From Octopus bimaculoides (taxonomy: Eukaryota): a DNA stretch of 64,000 bases. Position numbers and translations under genes: made by a program. Under the pieces are notes generated by a model. That model was not told the origin of the DNA. It saw nothing but the letters and a program-made list of their open reading frames with translations, and did no database searches. The DNA lies in contig NC_068982.1 in the NCBI RefSeq assembly GCF_001194135.2, positions 113,932,283 through 113,996,282 on the forward strand, in the 5' to 3' direction. Position 1 is the stretch's first letter. Every line of letters begins with the position of its first letter. This document shows, one piece after another, positions 12,845 to 25,051 of this stretch.

Positions 12845-13007
12845 CATTGTGTGTGTGTGTGTGTGTGTGTGTAAATGTAATATATATATGTGTATATGTA
12901 TATATAAATATAATATATATACATATGTATATATAAATATAATATGTATATATATAAATATAATATATATATGTATATATAAATATGATATATATATGTA
13001 TATATAA

Positions 13008-13060
<53 letters not shown>

Positions 13061-13077
13061 CCGTATATATAACTATA

Positions 13078-13122
<45 letters not shown>

Positions 13123-13235
13123 ACTATAACATATACACACACACACACATACACACACACACACACACACATACACACACACACACATACACACACACAC
13201 ACACCTTTATATGTTTTTATATATATATATTGAGT
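12845..13235. repeat. Compound (TG)n/(TA)n/(CA)n microsatellite
   Basis: Direct observation; source of the low-complexity ORFs at 12660-13256. Confidence 0.95.
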
Positions 13236-13616
13236 GTATGTAATATTTAGTATCAATAGTGTTTGTTGATATCAAAGTTTTGCTGATACATGCTTTTCAA
13301 ATCAGACAGTTTTGAGAATACTGGCTTCTCAAAAGCTACCTGATTTCAGAAGATAGTATAAGCAAAAATTTGAAGTAAACAATTACTATTGATAATAAAT
13401 ATTATTGTGACTCTACAATCACAATTGAGTGGTTTATTCAAAGCACATTTACTGTACTGAAGTACTCGAACTTAAAAAGAAAAATAAGAAATAAGCAATT
13501 AAATATATAAACAGGAAAATAAATATANNNNNNNNNNNNNNNNNNNNNNNNNNNNNNNNNNNNNNNNNNNNNNNNNNNNNNNNNNNNNNNNNNNNNNNNN
13601 NNNNNNNNNNNNNNNN

Positions 13617-13653
<37 letters not shown>

Positions 13654-14448
13654 CACACATACATACATGTGTGTAAGCATGTGAGTGTCATGTGCATGCA
13701 TAAGACAGAGAGTTAGAAATTAAGTACAGGGAAAAATCAAAAGAATTAGACAAGGAAACACAAATAAAGGTATACACATACACATGCACACACACACACT
13801 TATTTCTCTCATAAGTTGTTGGTTGAAGTTCCACTGTTTCAACTCTTAGCTTCAGCTTATTTGTAGGTTTCAAGAAAAATCTGTGAGGGGAAATATTTTG
13901 TGAAGAATAGGTACTTTTGAGATGGATGTGAGACAGCATGTTTTATGGTATAACAGGACAAAACTACTACAATTATTTGAGAATATACAAATATTACACA
14001 CACACACACATGCACATGCACATATTATTTGATAGGTTGTACATGCTTGGCAATTTGAAAGATCATGCTGAAAATGAAATCCTAATATTGTGAATGAGTT
14101 ATTGTAACCATTTGGCAGAACATAAACTATTATATTTATTTGGGTAAATATAACAGTGCAGTCAACTATGAAATGTCAGTGAGTTTTGTTATGCATCTAC
14201 AGCATGGTCACTGACACCATTCCACTGCATATATTATGTAGTTTCCAAATAAAACATAGGAGTTATGACGGAGAATATATGCAAATGTAAGAGAGTGTAA
14301 ATATTATTAAGATTACTAAGTCAGTATGTTAGGTTATTTAGCAGCAGGTAATTTTTATAGACATGACAGCATGAATTAACAAAACACATTAATTTACTGG
14401 GGTATGGCTGACTGGTAAATCAAAAATAATCTACAATAACACATTTAC

Positions 14449-15682
14449 ATCATCATCATCATCGTCGTCGTCGTCTAACGTCTGCTTTCCATGCTGGCAT
14501 GGGTTGGACAGTTTGACTGAGGACTGGTGAGCCAGAAGGCTGCACGAGGCTCCAATCTGATCTGGAAAAGTTTCTGCAGCTGGATGCCCTTCATAAAGCC
14601 ATCTACTCTGAGAGTATAGTGAGTGCTTTTACGTGCCACTGGCATGAGGGCCAGTCAAGCAGTACTGGCAACGATCATGCTCAAGGGGTGTTTTTTACAT
14701 GCCGCCTGCATGAGAGCCAGTCCAGCGGCACTGGCAATGACCTCGCTCAAATGTTGTTTTTCACATGCCACCGGCACAAGTGACAGTAAGGGGATGCTGG
14801 CAACGATCATGCTTGAATGGTGCTTATTACGTGCCACCAGCACGGGAGCAATCAGCAGCCCTGGCAATGATCACGCTTGAATGGTGCTTTTAACATTCCA
14901 CTGGCACGAATGCAATCAGTCAGTACTGGTCATTGGCCACGTCAGCAATTTTGATTTCACTTGCCTCAACAGGTCTTCACAAGCAAAGTAAGGGTACTCA
15001 TAAGCGGGCTGGTTATACACCACTGGCATAGGCCACGGGTTATGGACTCACTTGACTTATCAGGTCTTCTCAAGCACAGCATATCTCCAAAGGTCTCGGT
15101 CACTAGTCATTGCCTTAGTGAGGCCCAATGTTTGAAAGTCGTGCTTCACCACCTCATCCCAGATCTTCCTGGGTCTACCTCTTCCACAGGTTCCCTCAAC
15201 TGCTAGGGTGTGATATTTTTTCATACAGCTGCCCTCATCCATTTGCAGCACATGACCATACCAGCTCAGTCATCTCTCTTGCATACCACACCTGATGCTT
15301 CTTAGGACCAACTTTTCTCTCACACTGACATTACACATCCAGCGGAGCATATTCACTTCATTCCTTCCAAGTTTACGCATGTCCTCAGCAGTCATGGCCC
15401 ATGTTTCACTGCCATGTAGCATGGCTGTTCGTACACATGCGTCATACAGTCTACCTTTTACACTGAGCGAGAGGACCTTAGTCACCAGCAGAGGTAGGAG
15501 CTCTCTGAACTTTGCCCACGCTATTCTTATTCTAGCAGCTACACTTTCAGAGCATGCAAGCTATCAAGTACTTGTAGTTTTTCTCCCTGGAATGTGACAG
15601 AAGCTATTCTCTGCACATTTTCAGTGTTTATTGTTCCTGAACATTTGCCACATACAAAAACTATCTTCCCAGTTAGCCTTAC
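14449..15682 (-). mobile_element. 5'-truncated RTE-clade LINE (C-terminal ORF remnant, 3' UTR, (GAT)n tail)
   Basis: Minus-strand ORF pieces TKVLSLSVKGRLYDACVRTAMLHGSETW..LRWMCNVS and AVEGTCGRGRPRKIWDEVVKHD are typical RTE C-terminus. Collinear with 29318-31727. Confidence 0.92.
14623..14940. repeat. ~65-bp tandem array (5 units) in RTE 3' UTR
   Basis: Units start at 14623, 14688, 14754, 14820 and 14884. Each carries a GTGCC-NNN-GGCAY-type inverted repeat and most a GCCAGT..ACTGGC-type one. Confidence 0.85.
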
Positions 15683-16039
15683 GTGTATTATTTATTTTGC
15701 ATGTATATGATCTCAGCAACATGCGTATCTTAACAATTATAATTCCACTAGTATATGACTAGACTTTGTCTCAGATGCTGCGGTCTAACTGTATATCATT
15801 TACCACAATGAGAGAACTGCTGTCCTTACTTTGTAAATGGAATCATGTCAAGCTCCATAATATACAGCAATCACTTGAAACAACTGACACCTCTCACTTG
15901 GAATGCTTTTGCATTCTGTCAGGAAAATCCTGCCTTTCACAGACCAAAACTCTCTGTTTAAAACTTATATTTTGTCAACCTGGAATGTGGATACTGGCAA
16001 TTTCAAATATTGTTTATATTATTATATTAATAAGAACTG

Positions 16040-16510
16040 TTTCTGATCTAGGCAAAAGGCAAGCAGTTTTGAGGTGCTTGGTAAGTTGATATGATAGACT
16101 CCAGTGCATAATTGATACTTTATTTTATCAACCCTGGAGAAATGAAAGGCAAAGTTGACTCTGGTGTAACCTGAACTCAGACCATAAAGAGTTGGAACAA
16201 ATACTGCAAGATGTTTTGTCTGATGATCTAAAGATTCTACCAATCCATTGCCTTTGAAGGAAGACAACTAAATATCAAAAGGCATATGTCACATAATAAT
16301 AATAATAATGGTTTCTGATATAGGCACAAAACCAGCAATATTCTTTTCTACTCTAGGCACAAGACCCAAAATTTTCGGGTAGGGGGGGGGCAGTATGCAA
16401 CAGTATGCAACTGGTGCTTAATTTATCAACCCGAAAAGGATGAAAGGCAAAGTCAACCTCAGTGGAATTTGAACTCAGAACAAAAAGACAGACGAAATTA
16501 CCTCTAAGCT
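16040..16510 (-). mobile_element. Two family-B SINE copies
   Basis: GAAAGGCAAAGT(T/C)GAC(T/C)..GAACTCAG blocks at about 16040-16255 and 16310-16510. Confidence 0.8.
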
Positions 16511-16518
16511 CTCAGGAT

Positions 16519-17116
16519 CTATCCAGCCAGTCGTCTGCACTTTGAGGCCATCCTGGTAATGTGCACTTGGAAAGAAGTAGCATCACTCATGTCGATACCC
16601 AGGTCCCTCACTGATTTAGGTTCTGGGAATATAATCCCCTGTGGACCAGTGTAACCTGTAAGTTTTATATTCAGTATTGGATGCTGGTAGCACAGGGCTT
16701 GGGATTTTTCAGCATTAAACTGCATATTATTGTCCTCAACCCATCTGTAAATTGAGTCCAACTCTTGCTGCAGGTGTGCAACAACCTTGGGGTTCTGTAT
16801 TTTCTGCGAGACTTTCATATCATCTATGTTGCTAGTAAGGGTGGCAATCCAGGCAGCTGAGGGCATATATTTCAGAGGGCCACTATGAAAAGCACTAGTC
16901 CCAAGACAGTGCCTTGTGGAATACGGCTTGCTACTTTTGTTTTCTTTGAGGTGGCTTCATTAGCCATTACTGCCTGACTTCATTCTTTCAGAAAATCATG
17001 TAACCACTCTCCAAGTTTTCCAGCTATGCCAAGATCATGCAGTTTGTGGCATATAATACCATGATCCACTTTATCAAAAGCTTTTGCAAAGCCAAGGTAT
17101 ATTACGTCCACATTTA
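16519..17116 (-). mobile_element. CR1-like LINE reverse transcriptase fragment (pseudogenised)
   Basis: NVDVIYLGFAKAFDKVDHGIICHKLHDLGIAGKLGEW, PQGTVLG, NIDD(MK) and KSVRDLGI are RT motifs, interrupted by stops and frameshifts. Confidence 0.88.
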
Positions 17117-18069
17117 AATTGTAAACGGCCAAAATTTTAGGCTCACACAAAATTATCAAAAGCAAAATGCAACCTAAATCATTGAAAAAATATTAACCAG
17201 CGCAAGACTATATCCATTAACAATGGAACCAAAAGTGAAAAAATGTGGTCGACCTAACAGTGGTACATGCCCCACCTTTTGGAGGGTTCAGAGTTCCACT
17301 TTAAACAAGGTGAAATATTTAAGATTAAATTAAATTTCACCTGTGCCTCAGAAAATCTAATCTATGCCATTACATGCTTAGCGTGTAGTAATCATTATAT
17401 TGGCAAAACAGGAATATCACTCCATCGAAGAATCACTCTCCACAAAGAACAAATCCGCCACCCACAATACAGACAGGTACAGGTCAGTGAACACATAGAA
17501 AGGTGTGCTAGGAACCTTAATCCTAATTTCCTAACTTTCCCCTTCTATCAGTGCTCACAGAACACCTCAGTACAACAAAGAATGAATAAAGAGGCAACTT
17601 TCATCAATAAATATCTTCCACAACTCAATATGAACACTTAACTTAATACAGAACACTACTAACCTTTCAATTAATACCACCCATACATCCTATACACCAT
17701 TTACATTACAGATCTATATCTACCCTAGTTGCACCAAATTCAGAACTACTTACCTCCCTTACACATAATATTTTTACTCAGGGACTAGTAGACCTGACAC
17801 CATTTGGTAATCGGTGTGCATTCATAGCAGTGAGCAGTAAATTTACAAAACCAGTATGCTTTTGAATCTCTTTAACAATTCACAGTAATGACTTTTGTTA
17901 CTTTTATTCCTACCTCAGTTCATCTAATTGTATATATCTATCGTTACTTTTAATAAAAAGCGTTTACTTTTTTTTATTTCCAGTGTGCATTTTTAGTTAT
18001 TTTTCTTCTTACTTTCCCCTTACATTTCCATGTATAGTTTCTATTTCTATTTTCCACATGTATTTCTAT

Positions 18070-18070
<1 letters not shown>
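17117..18070 (+). mobile_element. Penelope-like element 3' part: GIY-YIG endonuclease (ORF 17267-17641) plus terminal repeat region
   Basis: KCGRPN.GTCPHL linker, then TCASENLIYAITCLACSNHYIGKTG..RRITLH (PLE GIY-YIG with CCHH-type residues), ending LPQLN. The AT-rich tail holds a decayed hammerhead-like motif at 17825-17861. Confidence 0.9.
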
Positions 18071-18112
<42 letters not shown>

Positions 18113-18232
18113 TAGCATGGAAAGCGGACGTTAAACGATGATGATGATGATGANNNNNNNNNNNNNNNNNNNNNNNNNNNNNNNNNNNNNNNNNNNNNNN
18201 NNNNNNNNNNNNNNNNNNNNNNNNNNNNNNNN

Positions 18233-18278
<46 letters not shown>

Positions 18279-18280
<2 letters not shown>

Positions 18281-18620
18281 CTCTTTTACGCTTTTATTTG
18301 TTTTCATCATTTGACTATGGTCATCCCAGAGCACTGCCTTTAGTCAAATTGTCCTCAAGACTTTGTAATCCTAGTAATTATTCCATTGGTCTCTTATGCT
18401 GAACTACTAAGTTACAGGGATGTAAACACACCAACATTGGTTGTCAAGCAATGTTGGAGTGGTCAAACACAAACACACACACATATATATACGACAGGTT
18501 TCTTTCAGTTTCCGTTTACCAAATCCACTTACAAGTCTTTTGCCGGCCCAAGGTGCCACACAGTGGGACTGAACCTGGAACCATGTGGTTGGGAAGCAAG
18601 CTTCTTACCACACAGCCATA
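18279..18620 (-). mobile_element. Near full-length family-A SINE
   Basis: Head TGGCTGTGTGGTAAGAAGCTTGCTTCCCAACCACATGGTTCCAGGTTCAGTCCCAC (A/B-box-like), central (TA/TG)n, tail ..AAACAAATAAAAGCG. Confidence 0.85.
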
Positions 18621-19059
18621 TATCATATGTGTGAGTGTGTTTGTATTTCTCCTTGTTTTCTTATGTTCATTCACCAACTGTACATAAAACAGCCTTTCAT
18701 CTGTACAGGTAGTGTCTTATGTTTGCAGTCAACCATGAAAGCATGTCTTAGCTTCTTGACATGTCTTAATATGTTTCACCATCTTTGTAAACAAAAAGGC
18801 TTGTAACTATGTCCGGGCTGTTTGTTATTTCCTAGACTGAGGGATTACCTTGCATGGTGACTGGAAGGGCATCCAGTACTATGAAATCTGCCTTAGTGAA
18901 TTACATCTGACCCATGGAAGATAAAAAGTGGACTAAAGTAAAACGACGATGATGATGAGATTATAAATAACAACAACAGTATAAAGCAGCAATCAGTGGA
19001 AAGGCTTCTTGAAATGGGGAACCCACATATCTCAGGTTTCTCTTATACACTAAAGACAA

Positions 19060-19330
19060 ATAGCTTCTAGTTTTTGCTGTCAGCTCATGGACACATAGTT
19101 AATATAGTCCCATGTAGCTACATCATTTGTTCCACTCTCTACCACCTTTCATAAAAGTTCTTAAAAAACAGCAGCTCTTGCTCTATATTCACCTTCTCCT
19201 TCATTAGTATATGAAGAAGGTGAGGATTTCCTTTGAATAGAAAAGCTCTATCCTTAGTTTTTCATCCAACATGCAACTTTCTTTGCCATAGTCATCAGCC
19301 AGAGGATGCTCTTCCTTGTCAAAGGAAGGT
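19060..19330 (-). mobile_element. Decayed L1/Tx1-like LINE 3' end
   Basis: Frameshifted peptides ILWLMTMAKKVACW and LRIELFYSKEILTFFIY resemble the element at 27495-27905. Confidence 0.5.
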
Positions 19331-19976
19331 AATTGTTTGAACTTCAAGATAAGATCAGCTGACAGCTAGATCTATCCTACACATGATAACACATGATGAA
19401 CCTGTGAATCAACAATGCACAGACATTGAATAAGTGTGTGTGTATGTGTTGGACATTTTTGTTACCCTGCATACATCTCAGAAAGAAACAAAAGGTCATA
19501 CTGTTTATGAAGTGCATCATCATCATCATCCTTTAACATCCACATTCCACCCTCGCATGAGTTATATATTACAAAGAGTGCTTATAATAGAAAAATAATA
19601 AAAATAAATATATAAAATGCAGCATGTAACCAAATGACATTGAGGTGAACTTAGTTAATGTAATGGAAGCTGGACCACAGTAAAACTACTGGAATAATGA
19701 TTTAATAATAATGCCATAATATATAGATAGCCTATTTGGATGTATATATATCTATGAACATTTAATTATACACCTGTTATGTATATGAATCTTGCACACA
19801 CACCATCCAGCCTTAGAAGAACTACAAGAATGTATTGGAAGAGCATATTACCTGGATAATAAAATGTTGAGTCTACAACTATAATGCATTTAGGCATAAT
19901 TTGAGTTATGATCGACTCAGATGAAGATTCTGATATATAATGAATATAATGTTATGTGTCTGTACGTGTATATTTG

Positions 19977-20018
<42 letters not shown>

Positions 20019-20028
20019 NNNNNNNNNN

Positions 20029-20075
<47 letters not shown>

Positions 20076-20144
20076 CTTTTATATATACGTATTTATATAT
20101 ACATTTATATATAGATATATATATGTACATATGTACATATTTAC

Positions 20145-20600
20145 ACTTTTATTGCCTTCAAAGTATTCTCCATTTAAAGCAATGCATAAGGCCAGGTGTG
20201 TTTACCACTGTTCAAAGCAGTGCTGGAACTCTTGCGAAGTGATGTTTTTAATGCCTTTGTTGTTTTTTCTTCACCACATCAGCAAATTCTGTAACACCAA
20301 CTTTCATCACAAGTTGATCTTCCAACTGTTCTTTCAGTCATGACTGCTTTTGATCTTCTGTGAGCAAAGTGAGGCACAAGTTTTGTTGCAACTCTTTTCA
20401 TTCGCAATTCCTTACTCCAGGACACACCAGTCATATCAACAAGTTCGTCAATTGTTCGGTGACAGTCCTCCAAAATCAGTTCATGAATTTTTCTGATGTT
20501 TGAGTTTGCTCAGGTCAGCAGTCGTCATGAACAAGGTTAGTCTTCAAGCAATTAGTGACTGTTCCTAAAGCATGGAAACCACACATAAACTTGTGTTTTG
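20145..20600 (-). mobile_element. Internally deleted mariner transposase remnant
   Basis: EDCHRTIDELVDMTGVSW..LRMKRVATKLVP (HTH/linker) and SQEFQHCFEQW..CIALNGEYFEG (mariner C-terminus). Confidence 0.8.
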
Positions 20601-20604
20601 CCCC

Positions 20605-20790
20605 TACCATTGCTTGACAACCGATGCTGGTGTGTTTGCGTCCCCGTAACTTAGCAGTTCGGCAAAAGAGACCGATAGAATAAGTATTAGGCATCCAAAT
20701 AATAAGTCCTGGGGTCAATTTACTCAACTAAAGGCGGTGCTCCAGCATGGCCGCAGTCAAATGACTGAAACAAGTAAAGAGTAACGAGTA
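20605..20790 (+). mobile_element. Family-A SINE 3' half (young, CpGs intact)
   Basis: GCTTGACAACCGATGCTGGTGTGTTTGCGTCCCCGTAAC..CAGCATGGCCGCAGTCAAATGACTGAAACAAGTAAAGAG. Confidence 0.85.
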
Positions 20791-21830
20791 TATATATCTA
20801 TATCTCTATATATATGTGTATGTATATCTATCTATTTGTATATGAATCTCTATATATCTGTATGCATCTTTGTATTTATGTCATTGTGTGTCTGCATATT
20901 TATGTGAGTGTTTGTGTATATGTATTTATAAATATAGGGTTATATGAATACATGTGTTATATACATATGTGTCTGTACACTTGTGTGTGTGTGTGCATGT
21001 GTTAGCATTTATATGTATGTCAATGTAAATTAACATAGCCATATGTTGAAGTTTCGTTTGCATGTTGAGTTTGTGAGATGATCTGTTGTGCACCATATGT
21101 AATATATCAGATGGAACAGGCTGCCTAACCACTAAAACATGAGTTGCAAGATAATAAAATACCTGTTGATTGTTCAGTTATAAACTCTACCCCAAACCAT
21201 CATAATCTATGCAGATTGAAGCAGCAAGAGTTAAATGTTTAGGCCATAGACATAGCGCAATAGAAGTGCTGGTTCTATAACTTTCTCTAACAGGAGTCTG
21301 ATACCTTATCTAGTAGGGAAAATGCATCTCTTGTATATCATTACCATCATCATTTTATGTCTGGCTTCTACTGCCGGTATGGATTAGTTGGTTTGAAAGG
21401 GTCTGGCAAGCTAGAAGACCACATCACGCATCATTGCATTGATATGATTTCTGTTGCTGGATTCCCTTTCTAATGCCAACCACTTAACAGAATGTACAGG
21501 GTGTTTTTTCATTGCAGCAGCACTAATTATACTTGCCTTATTACTTGCTAAGGCCCTAAAGTAGCCCCTATGGTTGAAGGAGAATAAAAGAGAGAGTGGG
21601 CAAATACTGTGTGTGTGTAACTCAAAGTCAACATGGAGAGTACTGAATTCTATACACAATAAATTCCTGATTGGTTAAAATTTCACCCATAGACAGACAA
21701 AGAAAATGAAAACCTAGGCATAATTCTGAATGAAATGAAGAGATAATTTTTCAAAAAATCAAAGTTTTATGGTTGAACAAACATGCTTGACGAAAAGCAG
21801 CAATCTTACCATTGCTTTACAGTTGAGAGA

Positions 21831-21877
21831 CAGCTAGGAACATGTTTCAGTCATGGTTAGGCTTCATCAGAGTAGAA
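21831..21877 (-). ncRNA. Minimal hammerhead-like motif (intact core, degenerate helix I)
   Basis: CTACT-CTGATGA-AGCC(TAACCAT)GACT-GAAA-CATG-TT-CCTAG; palindromic AACATGTT helix III. Confidence 0.55.
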
Positions 21878-24456
21878 CATAGTCCTTAATGTCTCCAAAA
21901 ATATATAGGTATTTCAACACATGTAGAAGTTTTGTACAGTCGTTGTCAAGGTTAATTGCACAATTTGGTCAACTGACATCAACTAGCTAAAATTAAAATT
22001 TTCTGCACATTCTAAGATAGCTGTTTCATTAGTTAGCTATTTTGGAATGAAAACATAGAACCAATGAAACAGATGTGTCATAAATCATTATTACTGTCAT
22101 TTTAAGTTTGTTTACTTCCCATGCTAGCATGGGTTGAACAGGTTGTTATTGTCCAAGTTCTTATTCAGAATTTCTGATCCTGTCTAACAAATCAGAGGAT
22201 CATATCTCACTCATGCCTTTCATTTTCCTATCACCAACCTCTTTACAGTGTGTACTAGCTGCATTCTATTGAGGTTCCAATACTATTGAGGCTGCCTTGA
22301 ACTCTTTAAGGCTGAAGAGTCCTTACTACTCTGTGATGTTTGTTTGCTCAAGACATCATGACCAAGAACTTGAATAGAAGAGAGAGTGAGAACAACTAGG
22401 ATCATAGGTGGAATGGGGAAAAATATATGATGGCTGAAATCTACCTCAACAAATTCCATCATGTCAATGATTTGTATAATACAAGTTGGTCAGCTGAAAC
22501 TAAGTTTGGACATGTGATAAGGACCTGTATCATCTGATGGCTATTTTTTAATGGAAACATAACCAACAAAACAGCTGTCGCAGCACATGATTTGGAAATG
22601 ACTCCTCACTATTGATGCTTTGGATCTGCTATTTCTAAAGTTATGCAAGCCTTAGGAATTGTAACTGCCCTTAAGAATATCCACAAGCTTAATGAAGTAT
22701 AATAGTCATTATGAATTTCTTCAAACCAAGTGAAAATCACTGAAGGTGCCATGTAGAAACTACCCAGTACACTCTGTAAATTGGTTGGCATTAGGAAGGG
22801 CATCCAGCCATAGAAACCTTGCCAAAACAGACTATGGAACCTGGTGTGGCCCCTTGCCATGCCAGTTTCTGTCAAGCCATCCAACTCATGCCAGCATGGA
22901 AAATGGATATTAAATGACAATAATGTTGAAGTAAAGTTATTTCTAGAAATCCTAGTTTAATAACAGTGAACACCCAGATTACCAACACCTGTGTATTATG
23001 TTTGTGTTATGTTCTATTTGTTTGGGAATAATGGAAGAGACCTTACCTATAAATTGTTAGTAACATAGTTATTCATACCTCCCTATGCACAACAAAGATA
23101 TAGGTGTGTGTGTGTGTGTGTGTGGAGAGAAGTATGTATAAGTTTATTGTGTCGCTATTTAGTCAGGAAGGACTTTCCAGTAACCCCACTCCCACATCAC
23201 TGGGATTCAAAAATAATTGTGTGAAGTTTGTGGTTAGTAAACAATGTAGCTTAATGAGTGAGAAAGGAAATATAATTAGATGCTGGAAAGATGAAGTTTT
23301 AGGGTGGTCTTTTCAGTGCAGCTGTTTCCAATAGAGTCTAGGTGTGTTGAAACACAAACATGATAATAGAAGTAGTTGCCAGTGAAAGGAGTTAGTTTAG
23401 GTGGAAATTCTATAAACTCAGTAATTCAGAAAAACAGATGCTCTTGTAAAAATGGAAATTTGGTGCAGGGCCATAGTGAATAGTGATGTTTGGTAAGTAA
23501 AGGTTTGTGTGTGACAAGGATATCTATATCTATTTGTACTGCCTCCAATAGTTGAACAGCACTCAATCAGACAGAATTATTTTCTGGAAAGAGAAGAAAA
23601 TTTAGCCTTTCTAAATAAATGTTGTACCTATGATATATGCCTGTGGTTACCATTATATAGTCATCAGTTTAAAAAGCTGGACCAGATCACTGTTTAACAT
23701 CCATTTTTCAGTGCTTGTACAGTTGGGTCAGTCTTCTTTTACATCTAAGTTCCTTTCTTTTATGCAGTGACCATACCAGTAAGAAATAAAAACGAATCTT
23801 GATCTTCAACTAAGCAAAGTCAATCAAGTTATGTACATTATTCAGGCTATAAACACAATGGCTGCTGAGATTTAGAATTGAACATCCAGAAAAAGAGAGA
23901 GAAAATAATTTGGAAAGTAGCATTGATTATAATAAAATATATGAAATTGGAAAATAAAGGAACAAGATATGAGTATAGCTATATAGTTAAGAAGTTCCTT
24001 TTGCAAATATGTGGCACCTTAAGCAAGTATCTTTTATTATAGCTTCAGGTTGAACAAAATCTTGTGAGTAAAATTTTATTGATGAAGACTATGTAAAAGC
24101 TAGCATATGTGTGCATGTGCATGCACATGTGTGTGTGTGTGTGTAGGTGTGATATCTTTACCTAATATATATCAGTGAAGGAGACGGTGACACACAAAAT
24201 GCACCCAGCACACTCTGTTAAGTGGTTGGTGTTAGGAAGGGCATCCAGCCATAGAAACCATGCCACAACAGACAGTTGGAGTCCACACAGCTCCCACTAG
24301 CCAGCTCCATGTCAAACCATCCAACCCATATCAGCATGGAGAGTAGATGTTAAACAGTTATGATGATGATGTTGTAAATGTGGTCAAGAAAGTTAGAAAA
24401 AAAACACAGGTAATTTTTGTGGTATTTATTTTATGTCGATATATCATACTCCCTTT

Positions 24457-24992
24457 AAGGCAGCAAGCTGACAGAACCATTAGCATGCCAGACAAAGTGC
24501 TTAGTAGGATTTCATTTGTCTTTACATTCTGAGTTCAAATTCTGACAAGGCCGACTTTACCTTTCATCCTTTCAAGATCAATAAAATAAGTACCAATTGA
24601 GTACTGGGGCTGATGTAATCAACTTACTCCCCTGAAATTGCTGGCCTTGTGCCAAAATTTGAAATCAATATATCAGTTACTGTTACCTTAAGCAATACAA
24701 TGAATTAGTGATTGGTAAATTGTAAACCTGTAACCAATAATGCTATTGTTCATCAGTCGCAATAATAATTATAATAATAATAATATTGGTTTCAAATTTT
24801 AGCTCAAGGCCAGCAATTTCGAGGAAGGGGATAAGTCAATTACATTGACCTTAGTGTTCAACTGGTACTTATTTTATTGACCCCAAAAGGGATGAGAGGC
24901 AGAGTTGACCTCAGTGGAATTTGAGCTCAGAACCTAAAGATGGACTAAGCATTTTTCCCAGCATGCTAACAATTCTGCCAGCTCACCACATT
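24457..24992. mobile_element. Inverted pair of family-B SINEs
   Basis: Plus copy at 24457-24668, minus copy at 24786-24992, spacer about 117 nt. Confidence 0.85.
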
Positions 24993-25014
24993 AAACAACA
25001 ACAACAACAACAAC

Positions 25015-25051
<37 letters not shown>

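Noticed and set aside
130-13256. Poly-Y/H, poly-L/I and IYIY/CVCV ORFs (e.g. 130-324, 7340-7546, 12660-13256)
   Set aside because: Translations of microsatellites.
14623-14940. CRISPR-like repeat-spacer appearance
   Set aside because: Eukaryotic context, no cas genes, spacers are homologous to each other, and the array lies inside an RTE 3' UTR.
23428-23492. Plus-strand exon-like KTDALVKMEIWCRAIVNSDVW with GTAAGT donor (faintly Nup133-like)
   Set aside because: Poor acceptor, no other supporting exons, and it lies within what looks like an antisense LINE remnant.
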